A stretch of DNA of 64,000 nt from an uncultured Coprobacillus sp. (GCA_964583155.1 CAZOUY010000007.1:3260-67259); one strand, 5' to 3'. Shown: positions 1 through 9,671, counted from the first letter of the stretch. Notes: generated from the sequence alone by a model not told the origin. Made by a program: numbers and translations.

Positions 1-727
1 TATAATTGACTCTAAAGCCTTGCTTTCGCTCATATAGCGATGAGCGAATTTTAAAAAGTTCCAATAATGATTTATAATGACGCCCATCCTGACAAATTTT
101 TTTGAGTTCCAAGGGATTATACTTTCCTTCTAAAATCGTTATCCTTCGTAAGGGTAACAAGAATAGATTATCGATATATTCCATGGCCCTCTCATATTCA
201 TTTTGATTGCTATGATGATCAATCCATAAGAGTGCATTCACTATTTCTAAAGTGCATTCGCGAAAGATCTGATAATATTGTCGTGTATTAAAATTATCGA
301 GACTCTGAAGGGCATCAATCATTAAATGATTTTCATCTTCAAACCATTTTTTGTAAAGATCATTCAAATAATTATGAATCTCTTTAAGGGACATTCTCGT
401 GAGATTTTCAAAACAGAAGCGCGCCCGCGAATCATCTCTTTTTGCTGCTTCATCCAAAAAAATTTCCAAAGAGCTATGACCTTCCGCCAGAAGACGCAAA
501 AAAACAATTTCATTATAATCAAGCGTTTTATCATTACAGGAAATATTCAATAATGCAAATTGATATAGGGTCTCAAAATCAAAGCAAAAAAATTCAGGAT
601 GTCCATCAAATTTTTCTTTAATGAATCGGTCATCCAGTTTTTCCATTATTCCCTTCATAATTTCACAAAGAGTGTCATATCTCGCTTTAGCTTCAAAGGC
701 CATTTTTTCTAATTCTTCAATCTGCAT
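1..727 (-). CDS. hypothetical protein, partial (C-terminus lies beyond the window start)
   Basis: Hand translation of the reverse strand from the ATG at 725-727 gives an open frame with no stop to position 1 (MQIEELEKMAFEAKARYDTLCEIMKG...GRHYKSLLELFKIRSSLYERKQGFRVNY, at least 242 aa). The ORF track omits it because it runs off the edge. No recognisable family. Confidence 0.45.
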   Translation of the reverse strand, partial: MQIEELEKMAFEAKARYDTLCEIMKGIMEKLDDRFIKEKFDGHPEFFCFDFETLYQFALLNISCNDKTLDYNEIVFLRLLAEGHSSLEIFLDEAAKRDDSRARFCFENLTRMSLKEIHNYLNDLYKKWFEDENHLMIDALQSLDNFNTRQYYQIFRECTLEIVNALLWIDHHSNQNEYERAMEYIDNLFLLPLRRITILEGKYNPLELKKICQDGRHYKSLLELFKIRSSLYERKQGFRVNY

Positions 728-1135
728 AGCTCTTATCCCTCAATTCACGCAATTATCGGTGTTCTTTTTTATTTTATCATAAAACAATATCTATATGTCG
801 AATGATATTATATCGGAAATATATTTCAAAATTTACGGAAACAAAAGAAAACCGCACAATATCGATTATCCGTGGTTATGTTTTTTTATGTCAAAAAAAT
901 ATGCAAGACAAATCGGTTAAGGATCTTCACTTTCCTTCCTCAAAATTGCTGAATCGATGGGGTCAACATAAAGTTTAATTTTTCGATATCGCTTAAAAAC
1001 GATAATTTTACATACCTTTCATAAGCATCAAAAAGAAATCAAAAAGTTAACGGCTATTAAACTTGTTTCCTACTCTTTGGCAATCGCAAATTTTTCTTAT
1101 AAAACAAATGATATCTACAATTAAGTGGGTTATGA

Positions 1136-2053
1136 TTACTTTTTCTTATATATTTTGGAATAAACGCATGAAACGGACACTATCGATAAGACGATTAAAG
1201 CAACCACATAAATTAGACTAAATACAACTGATACCGGTTGATTGAACATTTTTAAATCAATAAATGCTTCACGAATACTCGATTTAAATTCTCCTTGATC
1301 AATACCATTTAAAGCTTGATCGATATGATTGATTGTTCCTTTTAAAAATACTTGGCGAAAAAGCGAAGTAATATGGCTACCGGGAAAAATATTGGCAAAA
1401 GTTTGTATCCCACTTGAGAATTGACTGATAGGAATATATGCACCAATAATGAAGCCCAAACCAGCGGAAAGAATCCCCAAAAACGCCCCACTGGAGGAAG
1501 TTGATTTAAAAAGCACCATGATGTTCATCAAAAGAGCCGTACTGGATATTGCTCCTAAGAAGGTAATTCCATATAAAGCCAAAACATCGATAAATTGAAA
1601 ATAACAATTGCCCATAACTGCTAATACGATAAGACCGATAGTCAATATAGCCATACTCATCAAGCAAGCTGCGATGAAGGCAGCCATAAAATACGCCAAA
1701 ACAATATTCACTCTTTTCGTAGGCGAAGAGCAAATATCATAATCGACTTTATTTTGTTTATCCATGACCACTACGGTTAACGTGTTAAATGCGACTGTGA
1801 TAACACTACTTCCCATAATTCCCGCTAAAAGAATTTCATAAACAAACATCGTTTTATCATTTTGACTAATCATGTCTTCAATGCCATTGGACATCCCATC
1901 AAAAGCATCCATAAAGGTGCCTTTTAAAAACAGAATATATAGCATCAAAATAATAATTGGAGTCAACATGGAAAATAAAATGGTTTGTTTGTCTTTAAAA
2001 TATACCAAAAGATTACGTTTGGTAAGGCCTATAAATGAGCGCATATTATTCAA
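1136..2053 (-). CDS. ABC-2 family transporter permease
   Basis: 305 aa with about 6 predicted TM segments. Its start overlaps the stop of the upstream ABC ATPase gene, indicating translational coupling. Confidence 0.65.
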   Translation of the reverse strand: MNNMRSFIGLTKRNLLVYFKDKQTILFSMLTPIIILMLYILFLKGTFMDAFDGMSNGIEDMISQNDKTMFVYEILLAGIMGSSVITVAFNTLTVVVMDKQNKVDYDICSSPTKRVNIVLAYFMAAFIAACLMSMAILTIGLIVLAVMGNCYFQFIDVLALYGITFLGAISSTALLMNIMVLFKSTSSSGAFLGILSAGLGFIIGAYIPISQFSSGIQTFANIFPGSHITSLFRQVFLKGTINHIDQALNGIDQGEFKSSIREAFIDLKMFNQPVSVVFSLIYVVALIVLSIVSVSCVYSKIYKKK

Positions 2054-2972
2054 TTTCCTTCCCTGTCAGTGTTAAAAACACTTCATCCATTGTTCCTTTA
2101 AGGATTTCAAAATCTTTAATTATATCGCTATGCTGAGATAAAAAATCAATAATCTCCGTCTGTTCGATGAATACTTTATAATGATCTGCATCATATTCAT
2201 GTCGATAATCCTTTAAAATCTCTTCGTGCGATTGATTCTTTTCAACATACCATAAGAGCTTATTGCAAGAATACTTTGACTTAAGATTAGCGGGAGTGTC
2301 ATTTTCAATTATTTGTCCTTTGTTAAGAATGACCACGCGATCAGCATCGGAAATCTCTTCCATATAATGAGTAGTTAAAAAGATAGTTAAACCTGTTTCT
2401 TTACGGAGTTTATCTATGTATTCCCAAACAATTTTCCGCGATTTAGGATCAAGTCCTGTTGTGGGCTCATCCAAAAATAATATTTTGGGATTATTAATCA
2501 ACGCACGAACAATATCCACTCTTCTTTTCTGACCACCTGATAATTTTTCATATCGCTGATTTAAGAATTCTTCTAATTCAAAAATCTTTAGAAAAGGTAA
2601 AATTCTCGCTTGTGTCTCTTTTTTCGATAATCCATAGTATGAAGCTCGCGTATATAGATTTTCTTTGACAGTCAATTTTTTATCGAGAACCGAATTTTGA
2701 AAAACAATCCCGATTAGATTTCGTATAGCATCATCATCTTCATCTAAAAGGTGACCCATAATTTGAACTTTGCCTTCTGTTTTTCTTAACAGAGTACACA
2801 AAATATTGATGGTTGTTGATTTTCCGGCGCCATTTTCGCCGAGAAAAGCAAAAAGCTCACCTTCGTTCACACTAAAGGAAATATGATCGACCGCCAAAAC
2901 CTTTTTATCATATATTTTTACTAAATTCTCAACTTCGATTGCCAGCATTATTTTTACCTCGATAACTTTCAA
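2046..2972 (-). CDS. ABC transporter ATP-binding protein
   Basis: Walker A GENGAGKST, ABC signature LSGGQKRR, Walker B LFLDEPTTGLD. About 80 aa C-terminal extension after the NBD. Confidence 0.9.
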   Translation of the reverse strand: MKVIEVKIMLAIEVENLVKIYDKKVLAVDHISFSVNEGELFAFLGENGAGKSTTINILCTLLRKTEGKVQIMGHLLDEDDDAIRNLIGIVFQNSVLDKKLTVKENLYTRASYYGLSKKETQARILPFLKIFELEEFLNQRYEKLSGGQKRRVDIVRALINNPKILFLDEPTTGLDPKSRKIVWEYIDKLRKETGLTIFLTTHYMEEISDADRVVILNKGQIIENDTPANLKSKYSCNKLLWYVEKNQSHEEILKDYRHEYDADHYKVFIEQTEIIDFLSQHSDIIKDFEILKGTMDEVFLTLTGKEIE

Positions 2973-3111
2973 AAGTTATAAATTCTTATATCTATATATA
3001 ATTATATAAATATTTGATAGTTTTTTAAAACATAAATTTTTTATTTTATGTTTACTCCCATTTATATAGCCAATCAAAACATACCAAAACAATCGAATTG
3101 AATGTTAAATA

Positions 3112-3918
3112 TTATTTTTCTTTTTGTGATCGTTGCAATATAAAATGCGCCACTAATCCTAAACCTATTAAATAGATAAAAACGATAATTAGACTTGCTT
3201 GTCCAAGATTATCAAATGAGTAATATTGTACAATATCAGAGCTTTGCATCGGGGGAATAGTATGCTCAGCATTGGTAATTATTCGTCCTAAATAAACCGA
3301 TGGATAGAAAGGAAAGCACAAACAAGCAATTTCAAATTCTTTCATCGTGTCTAAAGGCATCCATGCCCCTCCTAATAGGCCTGAAAGACTTATAATGATA
3401 GAACTCAATCCGGGTGCTGATTTATCATTTAGCAAAGAGCCGAATATTATCCCCAAAAAGATGTTTGTCAAAAGAATAGGAACCATCGCCAAAATTAATA
3501 AAAGGCACTTATCGAATCCAAAGAACTCCTTATTGAAGAAAAGCCCGAAAGCCCAGCAAAATAGAAGACACAAAATGAATTGTAATAATCCAATTGCCAA
3601 TCCCGGAACCATGTATCCAAGCATATAATCGCTTGTCTTTAATGGTGAAATATATAGTCTTTTTAAAAAGGCAGTTGAGCGATCCTTTGATAGCAATAAA
3701 GCAATCAAAAGCATAACAAAACTAGAAGAAAACATCATCATACCCGGCATCAATGTTTTGGCACTAAACATCGTATTACGCGTTCCTACCATATTGCTAT
3801 CTATTATTTGAAATACAACTATCAATAATATAGGAAAGATCAAACAAAAAATATAAATAATAGGATCGCGGAACATTTCGATAAAATTTCTTTTTATAAA
3901 AGCATTTCGCCGTTTCAT
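3112..3918 (-). CDS. ABC-2 family transporter permease
   Basis: 268 aa polytopic membrane protein immediately downstream of, and overlapping, an ABC ATPase gene. Confidence 0.6.
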   Translation of the reverse strand: MKRRNAFIKRNFIEMFRDPIIYIFCLIFPILLIVVFQIIDSNMVGTRNTMFSAKTLMPGMMMFSSSFVMLLIALLLSKDRSTAFLKRLYISPLKTSDYMLGYMVPGLAIGLLQFILCLLFCWAFGLFFNKEFFGFDKCLLLILAMVPILLTNIFLGIIFGSLLNDKSAPGLSSIIISLSGLLGGAWMPLDTMKEFEIACLCFPFYPSVYLGRIITNAEHTIPPMQSSDIVQYYSFDNLGQASLIIVFIYLIGLGLVAHFILQRSQKEK

Positions 3919-4637
3919 CTTTCTTCACTCTCCCCTACTATTTTCATAAAAGCATCTTCAAAACGCTCTTCGCCCGTTGCTGTTTTAGCTTCACTAACTG
4001 TCCCTTGAAATAAGAGTTTTCCTTTAGAAATAATCGCAACGTCATCGCATAAGGCTTCAATTTCTTCCATATAATGCGAGGTCAGAACAATTGTCATTTT
4101 TCCTTGAAGTTCCTTGATAATTTCCCACAATTCTTTTCTAGCAAAAACATCCAAGCCCAAAGTCGGTTCATCCAAAAAAAGAACTTTAGGGTGTGAAATG
4201 AGGGAAATAGCTATTGATAGCCTTCGCATATAACCGCCTGATAAGGTCTTAGCTTTTTGCTCTAAAACATCTTCAAGGCGCATTTTTTGGATAATTTCTT
4301 TGATGTAGTTTTCATTTAGAGAATCATATATTTCGGCAAAAAATGAAAGATTTTCTTTGACCGTTAAATTAGGCGCAATTGCGGTCTCTTGCGGTGAGAT
4401 ATTGATTATTCTTTTAATATCACTCATCGCGTGTTTGACTGATTTCCCATCGATATAAATTTCGCCCTCTTGGAACACACAAAGACCACACATGGATTTA
4501 ATCAATGTTGTTTTTCCAGCACCATTGACCCCTAATAATCCAAATAGTGAACCTTCTTCAATATTTAAAGTAAGATTATTAATAGCGATTCTCTTTCCAT
4601 AGTTCTTTGTTAGATTATCAATTCTTATCATGCTCAT
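3915..4637 (-). CDS. ABC transporter ATP-binding protein
   Basis: Walker A GVNGAGKTT, signature LSGGYMRR, Walker B LFLDEPTLGLD. Confidence 0.9.
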   Translation of the reverse strand: MSMIRIDNLTKNYGKRIAINNLTLNIEEGSLFGLLGVNGAGKTTLIKSMCGLCVFQEGEIYIDGKSVKHAMSDIKRIINISPQETAIAPNLTVKENLSFFAEIYDSLNENYIKEIIQKMRLEDVLEQKAKTLSGGYMRRLSIAISLISHPKVLFLDEPTLGLDVFARKELWEIIKELQGKMTIVLTSHYMEEIEALCDDVAIISKGKLLFQGTVSEAKTATGEERFEDAFMKIVGESEER

Positions 4638-5202
4638 AATTATCTTCTCCTCTATAGTGTTTTTCTAAAGCCTGAAAGGATTCGGTTAGCAACTTAGAAA
4701 CTGTATCCTCATCCCACGAAATATATCCGGTGGCGATCTGTGTTGCTAAACCATGAACATAAATCCACATTTGAAGATGAAAACGATATGCTTTTTCATA
4801 ATCCAAGTGATAATTATTCATAATCATCTCGATGATTTCTAAAAAGTCTCTATCTTCATCACTTTTTTCATCTTCCTTGCGATTTCTCATAAAAAGCAAT
4901 TGGAATAATTGTGGTTCTTCTCTCGCAAATGTGATGTAGCCGATTCCATATGCTTTGTATTCGGGATACTTTTTCATTGCTAATTGCTTATCAATAAATA
5001 GATGATAGAGATTGTTTATCGCGTACAACAGTTCTTTTTTCAACTCTTCCATATTTTTAAATGACCAATAAATCGGTTGGGTTGAGCAATTTAAAGCCTT
5101 CGCTAATGATCTGGCATTTATTGCCGATATTCCTTTTTGCTTAGAAATCTCTAGTGCTTTATCTATTATCATTTCTTTCGTAATAATTCTTTTCGAAGCC
5201 AT
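4618..5202 (-). CDS. TetR/AcrR family transcriptional regulator
   Basis: N-terminal HTH (IIDKALEISKQKGISAINARSLAKALNCSTQPIYWSFKNMEEL) typical of TetR_N, with an all-alpha C-terminal domain. It heads an operon with the two ABC exporter pairs. Confidence 0.8.
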   Translation of the reverse strand: MASKRIITKEMIIDKALEISKQKGISAINARSLAKALNCSTQPIYWSFKNMEELKKELLYAINNLYHLFIDKQLAMKKYPEYKAYGIGYITFAREEPQLFQLLFMRNRKEDEKSDEDRDFLEIIEMIMNNYHLDYEKAYRFHLQMWIYVHGLATQIATGYISWDEDTVSKLLTESFQALEKHYRGEDNYEHDKN

Positions 5203-5225
5203 ATATCCTCACTTAATATAACACA

Positions 5226-5243
5226 TGTTATATAATTATAATA
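5226..5243. promoter_or_regulatory. candidate TetR operator: inverted repeat ATATAAC-ACAT-GTTATAT just upstream of the tetR-family gene start
   Basis: Seven-bp perfect inverted repeat arms seen directly in the sequence 5226-5243, about 25 bp upstream of the TetR start at 5202. TetR-family proteins usually autoregulate via such palindromes. Confidence 0.3.
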
Positions 5244-5618
5244 TCATGGATAGGTAGAAACGTAAACTATAATCACATTTATTGTTAATAAAATCTTCGT
5301 TAGTAGAGATATAAAACTTCTATATTAATCAAATAAAAAAATGAGGTCGACACCGTAGCCAAAATGGTATCCAATGTTTCATGACCTCATACTTTTATTA
5401 TGATCAATAAAAGCAATAATATCAAAATTTCTTTAACTGTTTTTTTTAAGCACAGAATTTTAAATAGCATTAACATAATATTAAACTTCAAGTGTATGCT
5501 CATCCTATCTCTTTATGTAAGCTCAAATTAGTGGATTATTTCCGCTAAATGAAGGCCCAATCGGTCAATTTAAGAGTATCAAATCGGTAGCAAATTCGTA
5601 GCACAAAAGTAGCAAAAT

Positions 5619-5642
5619 TAAAAAAAACCGCTTTTTCGCGGT
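5619..5642 (-). terminator. rho-independent terminator after the tRNA-Asn/tRNA-Glu pair
   Basis: On the minus strand: hairpin ACCGC-GAAAAA-GCGGT followed by a T7 run (plus strand aaaaaaaccgctttttcgcggt). Confidence 0.5.
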
Positions 5643-5653
5643 AATTTGAATGT

Positions 5654-5730
5654 TGGTGACCCGTACGGGATTCGAACCCATGAATGCATGCGTGAAAGGC
5701 ATGTGAGTTAAGCCTCTTCTCCAACGGGCC
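5654..5730 (-). tRNA. tRNA-Glu (anticodon UUC)
   Basis: Reverse complement is GGCCCGT...CATGC-CTTTCAC-GCATG...ATGGG-TTCGAAT-CCCGT-ACGGGTC-A-CCA. Cloverleaf with a 7-bp acceptor stem, TTCGAAT T-loop, encoded CCA, and anticodon loop CTTTCAC giving TTC. Confidence 0.8.
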
Positions 5731-5737
5731 ATTTAGA

Positions 5738-5813
5738 TGGCGCCTACCGTAGGACTCGAACCTACGACCGATCGGTTAACAGCCGATTGCTCTACCGACT
5801 GAGCTAGGTAGGC
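5738..5813 (-). tRNA. tRNA-Asn (anticodon GUU)
   Basis: Reverse complement is GCCTACC-TA-GCTC-AGTCGGTA-GAGC-A-ATCGG-CTGTTAA-CCGAT-CGGTC-GTAGG-TTCGAGT-CCTAC-GGTAGGC-G-CCA. Canonical 76-nt cloverleaf. Confidence 0.9.
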
Positions 5814-5842
5814 GTTTCTACTTACGTGTTAACGCAAGCAGT

Positions 5843-5871
5843 ATAATACCATACAATTTAATGTTTTGCAA
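5843..5871 (-). promoter_or_regulatory. sigma-70-like promoter for the tRNA-Asn/Glu transcript
   Basis: Minus strand reads TTGCAA - 17 nt - TG-n-TATTAT (extended -10), ending about 30 nt upstream of the tRNA-Asn 5' end. Confidence 0.45.
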
Positions 5872-5882
5872 GATATTACAAA

Positions 5883-6110
5883 TTATTTTTTTATTTTGGC
5901 GGCAATTGTTGTTAAAAGATCGCCAACCTTGACGAAAGATTGCATTTCTTCATTGGTAAATTCGATATTAAATTCATCTTCAATTTCATAAAGTAAATCA
6001 ATTTTATCTAAAGAATCTAGTCCTAAGCTTTCTAGCGATGCTTCCATATCAACCTTTACATCTTTTACCTTTTTAGAAAATACTTCCTGTAATTTTTCTT
6101 CAATATTCAT
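5883..6110 (-). CDS. acpP: acyl carrier protein
   Basis: About 75 aa with the phosphopantetheine attachment motif LGLDSLDKIDLLYEIEDEF (DSL). Likely start is MNIEEK, preceded by the RBS GTGAGG. No FAS-II genes in the vicinity. Confidence 0.85.
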   Translation of the reverse strand: MNIEEKLQEVFSKKVKDVKVDMEASLESLGLDSLDKIDLLYEIEDEFNIEFTNEEMQSFVKVGDLLTTIAAKIKK

Positions 6111-6175
6111 TCTTTTTAACCTCACTTATGCCGTTATTATAACAATATTTAATCAAGAAATAAACCCTTATTTTT

Positions 6176-6502
6176 TTAAAGATATTGAATCCAAATGGTA
6201 GTTTGAATAATTATCGCTCTTTTATTGCACCAATATGTCAAACACTGACTTTCCTGGGCTAATTGATATGTGCATATCGCATCATCCTCTAAGCTTATTA
6301 AACGAAATTCAATGCTCTCCGAGTTGCATAATGCTTCAATAAACGGAAAATCGAGATAATGCTTATTCAATGCATCTTTATTTATTTGCGATGATACGCT
6401 ATATAAGTTGCTCTTAACCATTGATATTTTATAAAAGTCCAGTGACAAGCAAAATAATAATAAGCATGGGATAATGAACAAATTCTTTCTTATACTAAGC
6501 AT
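6176..6502 (-). CDS. hypothetical small secreted Cys-containing protein
   Basis: 108 aa with an N-terminal hydrophobic signal-like segment (LFIIPCLLLFCLSL). Its stop overlaps the start of the downstream gene. Confidence 0.45.
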   Translation of the reverse strand: MLSIRKNLFIIPCLLLFCLSLDFYKISMVKSNLYSVSSQINKDALNKHYLDFPFIEALCNSESIEFRLISLEDDAICTYQLAQESQCLTYWCNKRAIIIQTTIWIQYL

Positions 6503-7041
6503 TATTTGTTCCTCATAAAACTAAAAACCAATAAAATTACAAAGCCCATGAATAAGATAAATATTGCAGTATTCAAAGCCGATAATAATTGATTGCTCTT
6601 ATTATTTTGAGAAGCAATTTTTTCTTCCTGATATTTCATTAAGTTACCATAGGCAAAATTCCATTCTTGCATACTATTTTTCTCTAATAAAAAATAAAGG
6701 GATTCAATTGCAATTTTAAAGGGCATAGGATAATTAGATAATAATGAAATATATTCTTCCCTTTCGACCTCCTTCGTTATTGCTTTTTCCAACAATAATC
6801 GGAGTTCAATGGGCAAATCCAACTCCAACAATGCTTCTTTTGTTTTAATATCTTTTTCGAAAACTTCTCTAAACAACAAAATCCATTTAGATTCTTCATC
6901 ATCCTTTACATTCTTTAAGCGCTTAATTAGCGGGTATAAAGCGATTATACATATGCTAGCTAATGCCAATGGAATAAAGGCATATGACTTAAAATTCCTT
7001 TGATATAAATATAGTCCGATTATAAATAACAAAATTGCCAA
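6502..7041 (-). CDS. hypothetical membrane protein
   Basis: 179 aa. One or two N-terminal TM segments, a charged cytoplasmic middle, and a C-terminal TM. No recognisable family. Confidence 0.45.
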   Translation of the reverse strand: MAILLFIIGLYLYQRNFKSYAFIPLALASICIIALYPLIKRLKNVKDDEESKWILLFREVFEKDIKTKEALLELDLPIELRLLLEKAITKEVEREEYISLLSNYPMPFKIAIESLYFLLEKNSMQEWNFAYGNLMKYQEEKIASQNNKSNQLLSALNTAIFILFMGFVILLVFSFMRNK

Positions 7042-7068
7042 TAATGATAAAAAAGCATCAATGTTTTT

Positions 7069-7701
7069 TCATTGAATTTTGAAAATAGTTTCTTCATTTT
7101 TTAGCTCCTTAATAAAAAGTAAATGGATAAAAAATCCACAAATACCTAAAATCAATATCATCACGATACTGAAAAATGACGCGTGAATCCCATCTTGAAA
7201 AAGAGGAGATAAGAATAAACGTACAATTAGCACCAATAATAGAGTCACCGCGAAATTAAGCCAAAGATTTTTATAAATCGTCTCCTGATTTTGACGATAT
7301 ATATCCTGATTATGCTGAAATTTCCAGAATTTAATTCTGGTTTCGGCCACGAATTGCGCGTAACCCTTTTTTTGAAGGCTTGCTAATTTTCGATCAATCT
7401 TCTTTTTAAAATGCTCATTCCAGGATGATATTACCTCTCCATTAGCGTTATCCAAGAATTGTGATTCCTGTTCTTCCGCATCAGGCGCTTTAAAATCCAT
7501 GATATATTGATGACATAAATGATTGAAGTACTTATTTTTTTCAGTGCTTTCTAGATGTGATTTTTCTTTTTTAGAAATAAAAAACAGTAAATCCAACATT
7601 CCGATGATGAAAATAGAAACGCCTATCAAATAATTGCTTGTTAATAAATAACAAAAAATACTGAACACAAAAACAATTAAGTAATTTTTATACCTTTTCA
7701 T
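7069..7701 (-). CDS. hypothetical membrane protein
   Basis: 210 aa. Two N-terminal TM segments, a charged middle, and two C-terminal TM segments. Its start overlaps the stop of the upstream gene. Confidence 0.45.
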   Translation of the reverse strand: MKRYKNYLIVFVFSIFCYLLTSNYLIGVSIFIIGMLDLLFFISKKEKSHLESTEKNKYFNHLCHQYIMDFKAPDAEEQESQFLDNANGEVISSWNEHFKKKIDRKLASLQKKGYAQFVAETRIKFWKFQHNQDIYRQNQETIYKNLWLNFAVTLLLVLIVRLFLSPLFQDGIHASFFSIVMILILGICGFFIHLLFIKELKNEETIFKIQ

Positions 7702-8092
7702 TTATTCCTTCTCCTTTTATGATATATCTGGTCATGTAACGATAGACATCATATCGTCCTTCATAAATAATTTTAATTTCCACGCCATCGCCATAAATAT
7801 CTTGGGCAATATTTGTCAGAGAATTGAATGTCACAACGCTTATTTTCTTAGGATGATTATTGGAAAGAGTGTTCCAGCCTTGATGAAAATAATAAAGCAA
7901 TTGCTCACGATTGAAATACGCCAAAGAATCGTCATTTTCTTCGATGATAAGAGATTTAAAGGCCGCATATTTCGCCACTGTTTTGAATACTTCATCGTAT
8001 TCTTTTTGTTCAGTATTTTTCATGCTTAATGTAAGCAATATGCTGGTCTCAATCATCATAAAAGCGGTCATAAGTTTTACCATATTTCCCAA
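7688..8092 (-). CDS. hypothetical protein with N-terminal signal/anchor
   Basis: 134 aa with a hydrophobic N-terminus (LMTAFMMIETSILLTLSM). It overlaps both neighbours, indicating translational coupling. Confidence 0.45.
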   Translation of the reverse strand: MGNMVKLMTAFMMIETSILLTLSMKNTEQKEYDEVFKTVAKYAAFKSLIIEENDDSLAYFNREQLLYYFHQGWNTLSNNHPKKISVVTFNSLTNIAQDIYGDGVEIKIIYEGRYDVYRYMTRYIIKGEGINEKV

Positions 8093-9084
8093 TTATCGCT
8101 TAACCGCGGGTCATTATCTTCTTCTTTTAAGTAGACTGCGCTTTGCGATCCTTCCTCTCCTAACGCCTCTTTTAAAAACAAATACTGCCCCTTATAAATA
8201 ATCTGACTTTGATGATAACCCATGCCCCGAAAACTAATTTGAAAAGAAAATTCTTTTGAATCAAGACGTCTTTTTTTACTTATGTAAATCTGATTGGTCG
8301 GATAGAAATAATCACCAGCCGCTCTTGAAATCATATAAGTATCATAGTCTACAAAGAAATTCTCATCGATCATTAATTGATAAAAGTCATGATCTTGCAC
8401 TAGTTTAGCTTTAAATAAATAGCCTCCCAAATCATCATCAAATTGTAAACGTGGAAAATCATCCATCGTGCCAAATAATAGAATTTCAACATCATCAACA
8501 TTTAAGGTCTCATCGCTCCCATAATATTTCAGCTTTATTGAAGAAAAATCCAGTTTAAAACAGCTCGACGATAAAATAAATGGTTCAAACAAGAATTCAA
8601 AGCTTTCTTTTTCAGTTTTACGAAAGCCATCCTGGTCTAATCCGACTTTCGCTTCTTCAATATCAAGCACCTTGTTATTATCAAGAATATGGCTGATTTC
8701 ATATGTTAACCTTTTAGGAGTAGAAATCTCAATAATTTTTGAATATGCAAAAAGACTTGATTCTGCTTTTAAATTAATGATATGAGCCCCTTCCTCTATA
8801 TTATCTAAAGTAAACCGAAATTCATGTTTTAAATACATTCCCGGGAACATTGAAAAATGATCCTTCATGTCATTATCCAATTCACATGAAAAGGATGTAT
8901 ATGACTCACTGTACGCTAAAGGAGCGTGAAAAGAAAAACCAATTTCAATTTCTCCTACTTCAAGAGGAGTTAATAATACATCGGAAAAATATACGATCGG
9001 TTTCACGGGAACGATGTAATCATTATATTCACTGAATAATAAGCATGCGATAAGACATTTTCTCATAATGAATACCCTATTCAA
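8077..9084 (-). CDS. hypothetical protein (335 aa)
   Basis: Largest ORF of the coupled operon. No Walker motifs or other recognisable signatures. The short hydrophobic N-terminus is a possible signal. Confidence 0.5.
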   Translation of the reverse strand: MNRVFIMRKCLIACLLFSEYNDYIVPVKPIVYFSDVLLTPLEVGEIEIGFSFHAPLAYSESYTSFSCELDNDMKDHFSMFPGMYLKHEFRFTLDNIEEGAHIINLKAESSLFAYSKIIEISTPKRLTYEISHILDNNKVLDIEEAKVGLDQDGFRKTEKESFEFLFEPFILSSSCFKLDFSSIKLKYYGSDETLNVDDVEILLFGTMDDFPRLQFDDDLGGYLFKAKLVQDHDFYQLMIDENFFVDYDTYMISRAAGDYFYPTNQIYISKKRRLDSKEFSFQISFRGMGYHQSQIIYKGQYLFLKEALGEEGSQSAVYLKEEDNDPRLSDNWEIW

Positions 9085-9430
9085 AAAAAGCTACAAACTG
9101 TCGATATGCTTCCTTACGATGACGATAATAAGTGCTTCGCGATAGTGTATCCAAATACCAATAATCACGATAGTCTTTTCGATCCAGCAATTCCTTTTGA
9201 ATCATAATTTGCAAATCCTTCGGCATCGATTCCACGGCAGTATTCACTGCCATAATAAAGTTTTCAGGGGCCATTGTAATCTCTTGGCCTGAGCTATTAA
9301 TATAGCGAATTTGGCGACTTTCACAATCTTTGGCAATATTTTGATAAATTTTCGCTTTAATATAAAGGCCTCTAATTGCATTTGCTTTAATCTCTAATTG
9401 CTCAAATAGTAATTTTTCTTGAATTTTCAT
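9077..9430 (-). CDS. putative ArpU/RinA-like transcriptional regulator with a sigma-70 region-4-like C-terminus
   Basis: About 118 aa from MKIQEKL (RBS AGGAGG 7 nt upstream). The C-terminal ...DYWYLDTLSRSTYYRHRKEAYRQFVAFF resembles the region-4 HTH of ArpU-family phage-type regulators. It is the first gene of an overlapping six-gene operon. Confidence 0.45.
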   Translation of the reverse strand: MKIQEKLLFEQLEIKANAIRGLYIKAKIYQNIAKDCESRQIRYINSSGQEITMAPENFIMAVNTAVESMPKDLQIMIQKELLDRKDYRDYWYLDTLSRSTYYRHRKEAYRQFVAFFE

Positions 9431-9671
9431 ATTGTACCTCCTATATCGATTAATTACTAATATTAATTTCGTATAAAAAAGCAAAATTCCTTTAAAATAT
9501 AGAGTAATAAAAATAAAATGCGAAAAAAAACGTCATTTTTCAAAACAACTTATAAAAAATAGCCCGCTAAAAGATGATCGAATGAATTTCTAAAAATTTA
9601 TAAAATAAAAAAAATCCTCTTCTTCTAGACTCACCTAGATTTAGAGGATTTTTCATACTAATTATTGATTG

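Noticed and set aside
326-553. Plus-strand 75-aa ORF at the window start, and the many other antisense ORFs in the track (e.g. 1506..1733, 3347..3628, 7802..8029, 9716..9982, 19608..19814, 31848..32132, 32310..32774, 36134..36328, 47002..47328, 48031..48345, 56006..56293).
   Set aside because: Each lies entirely inside a longer, well-supported gene on the opposite strand. Here that gene is the partial minus-strand gene 1..727. They have no RBS and their composition is AT-skewed low-complexity, so they are shadow ORFs.
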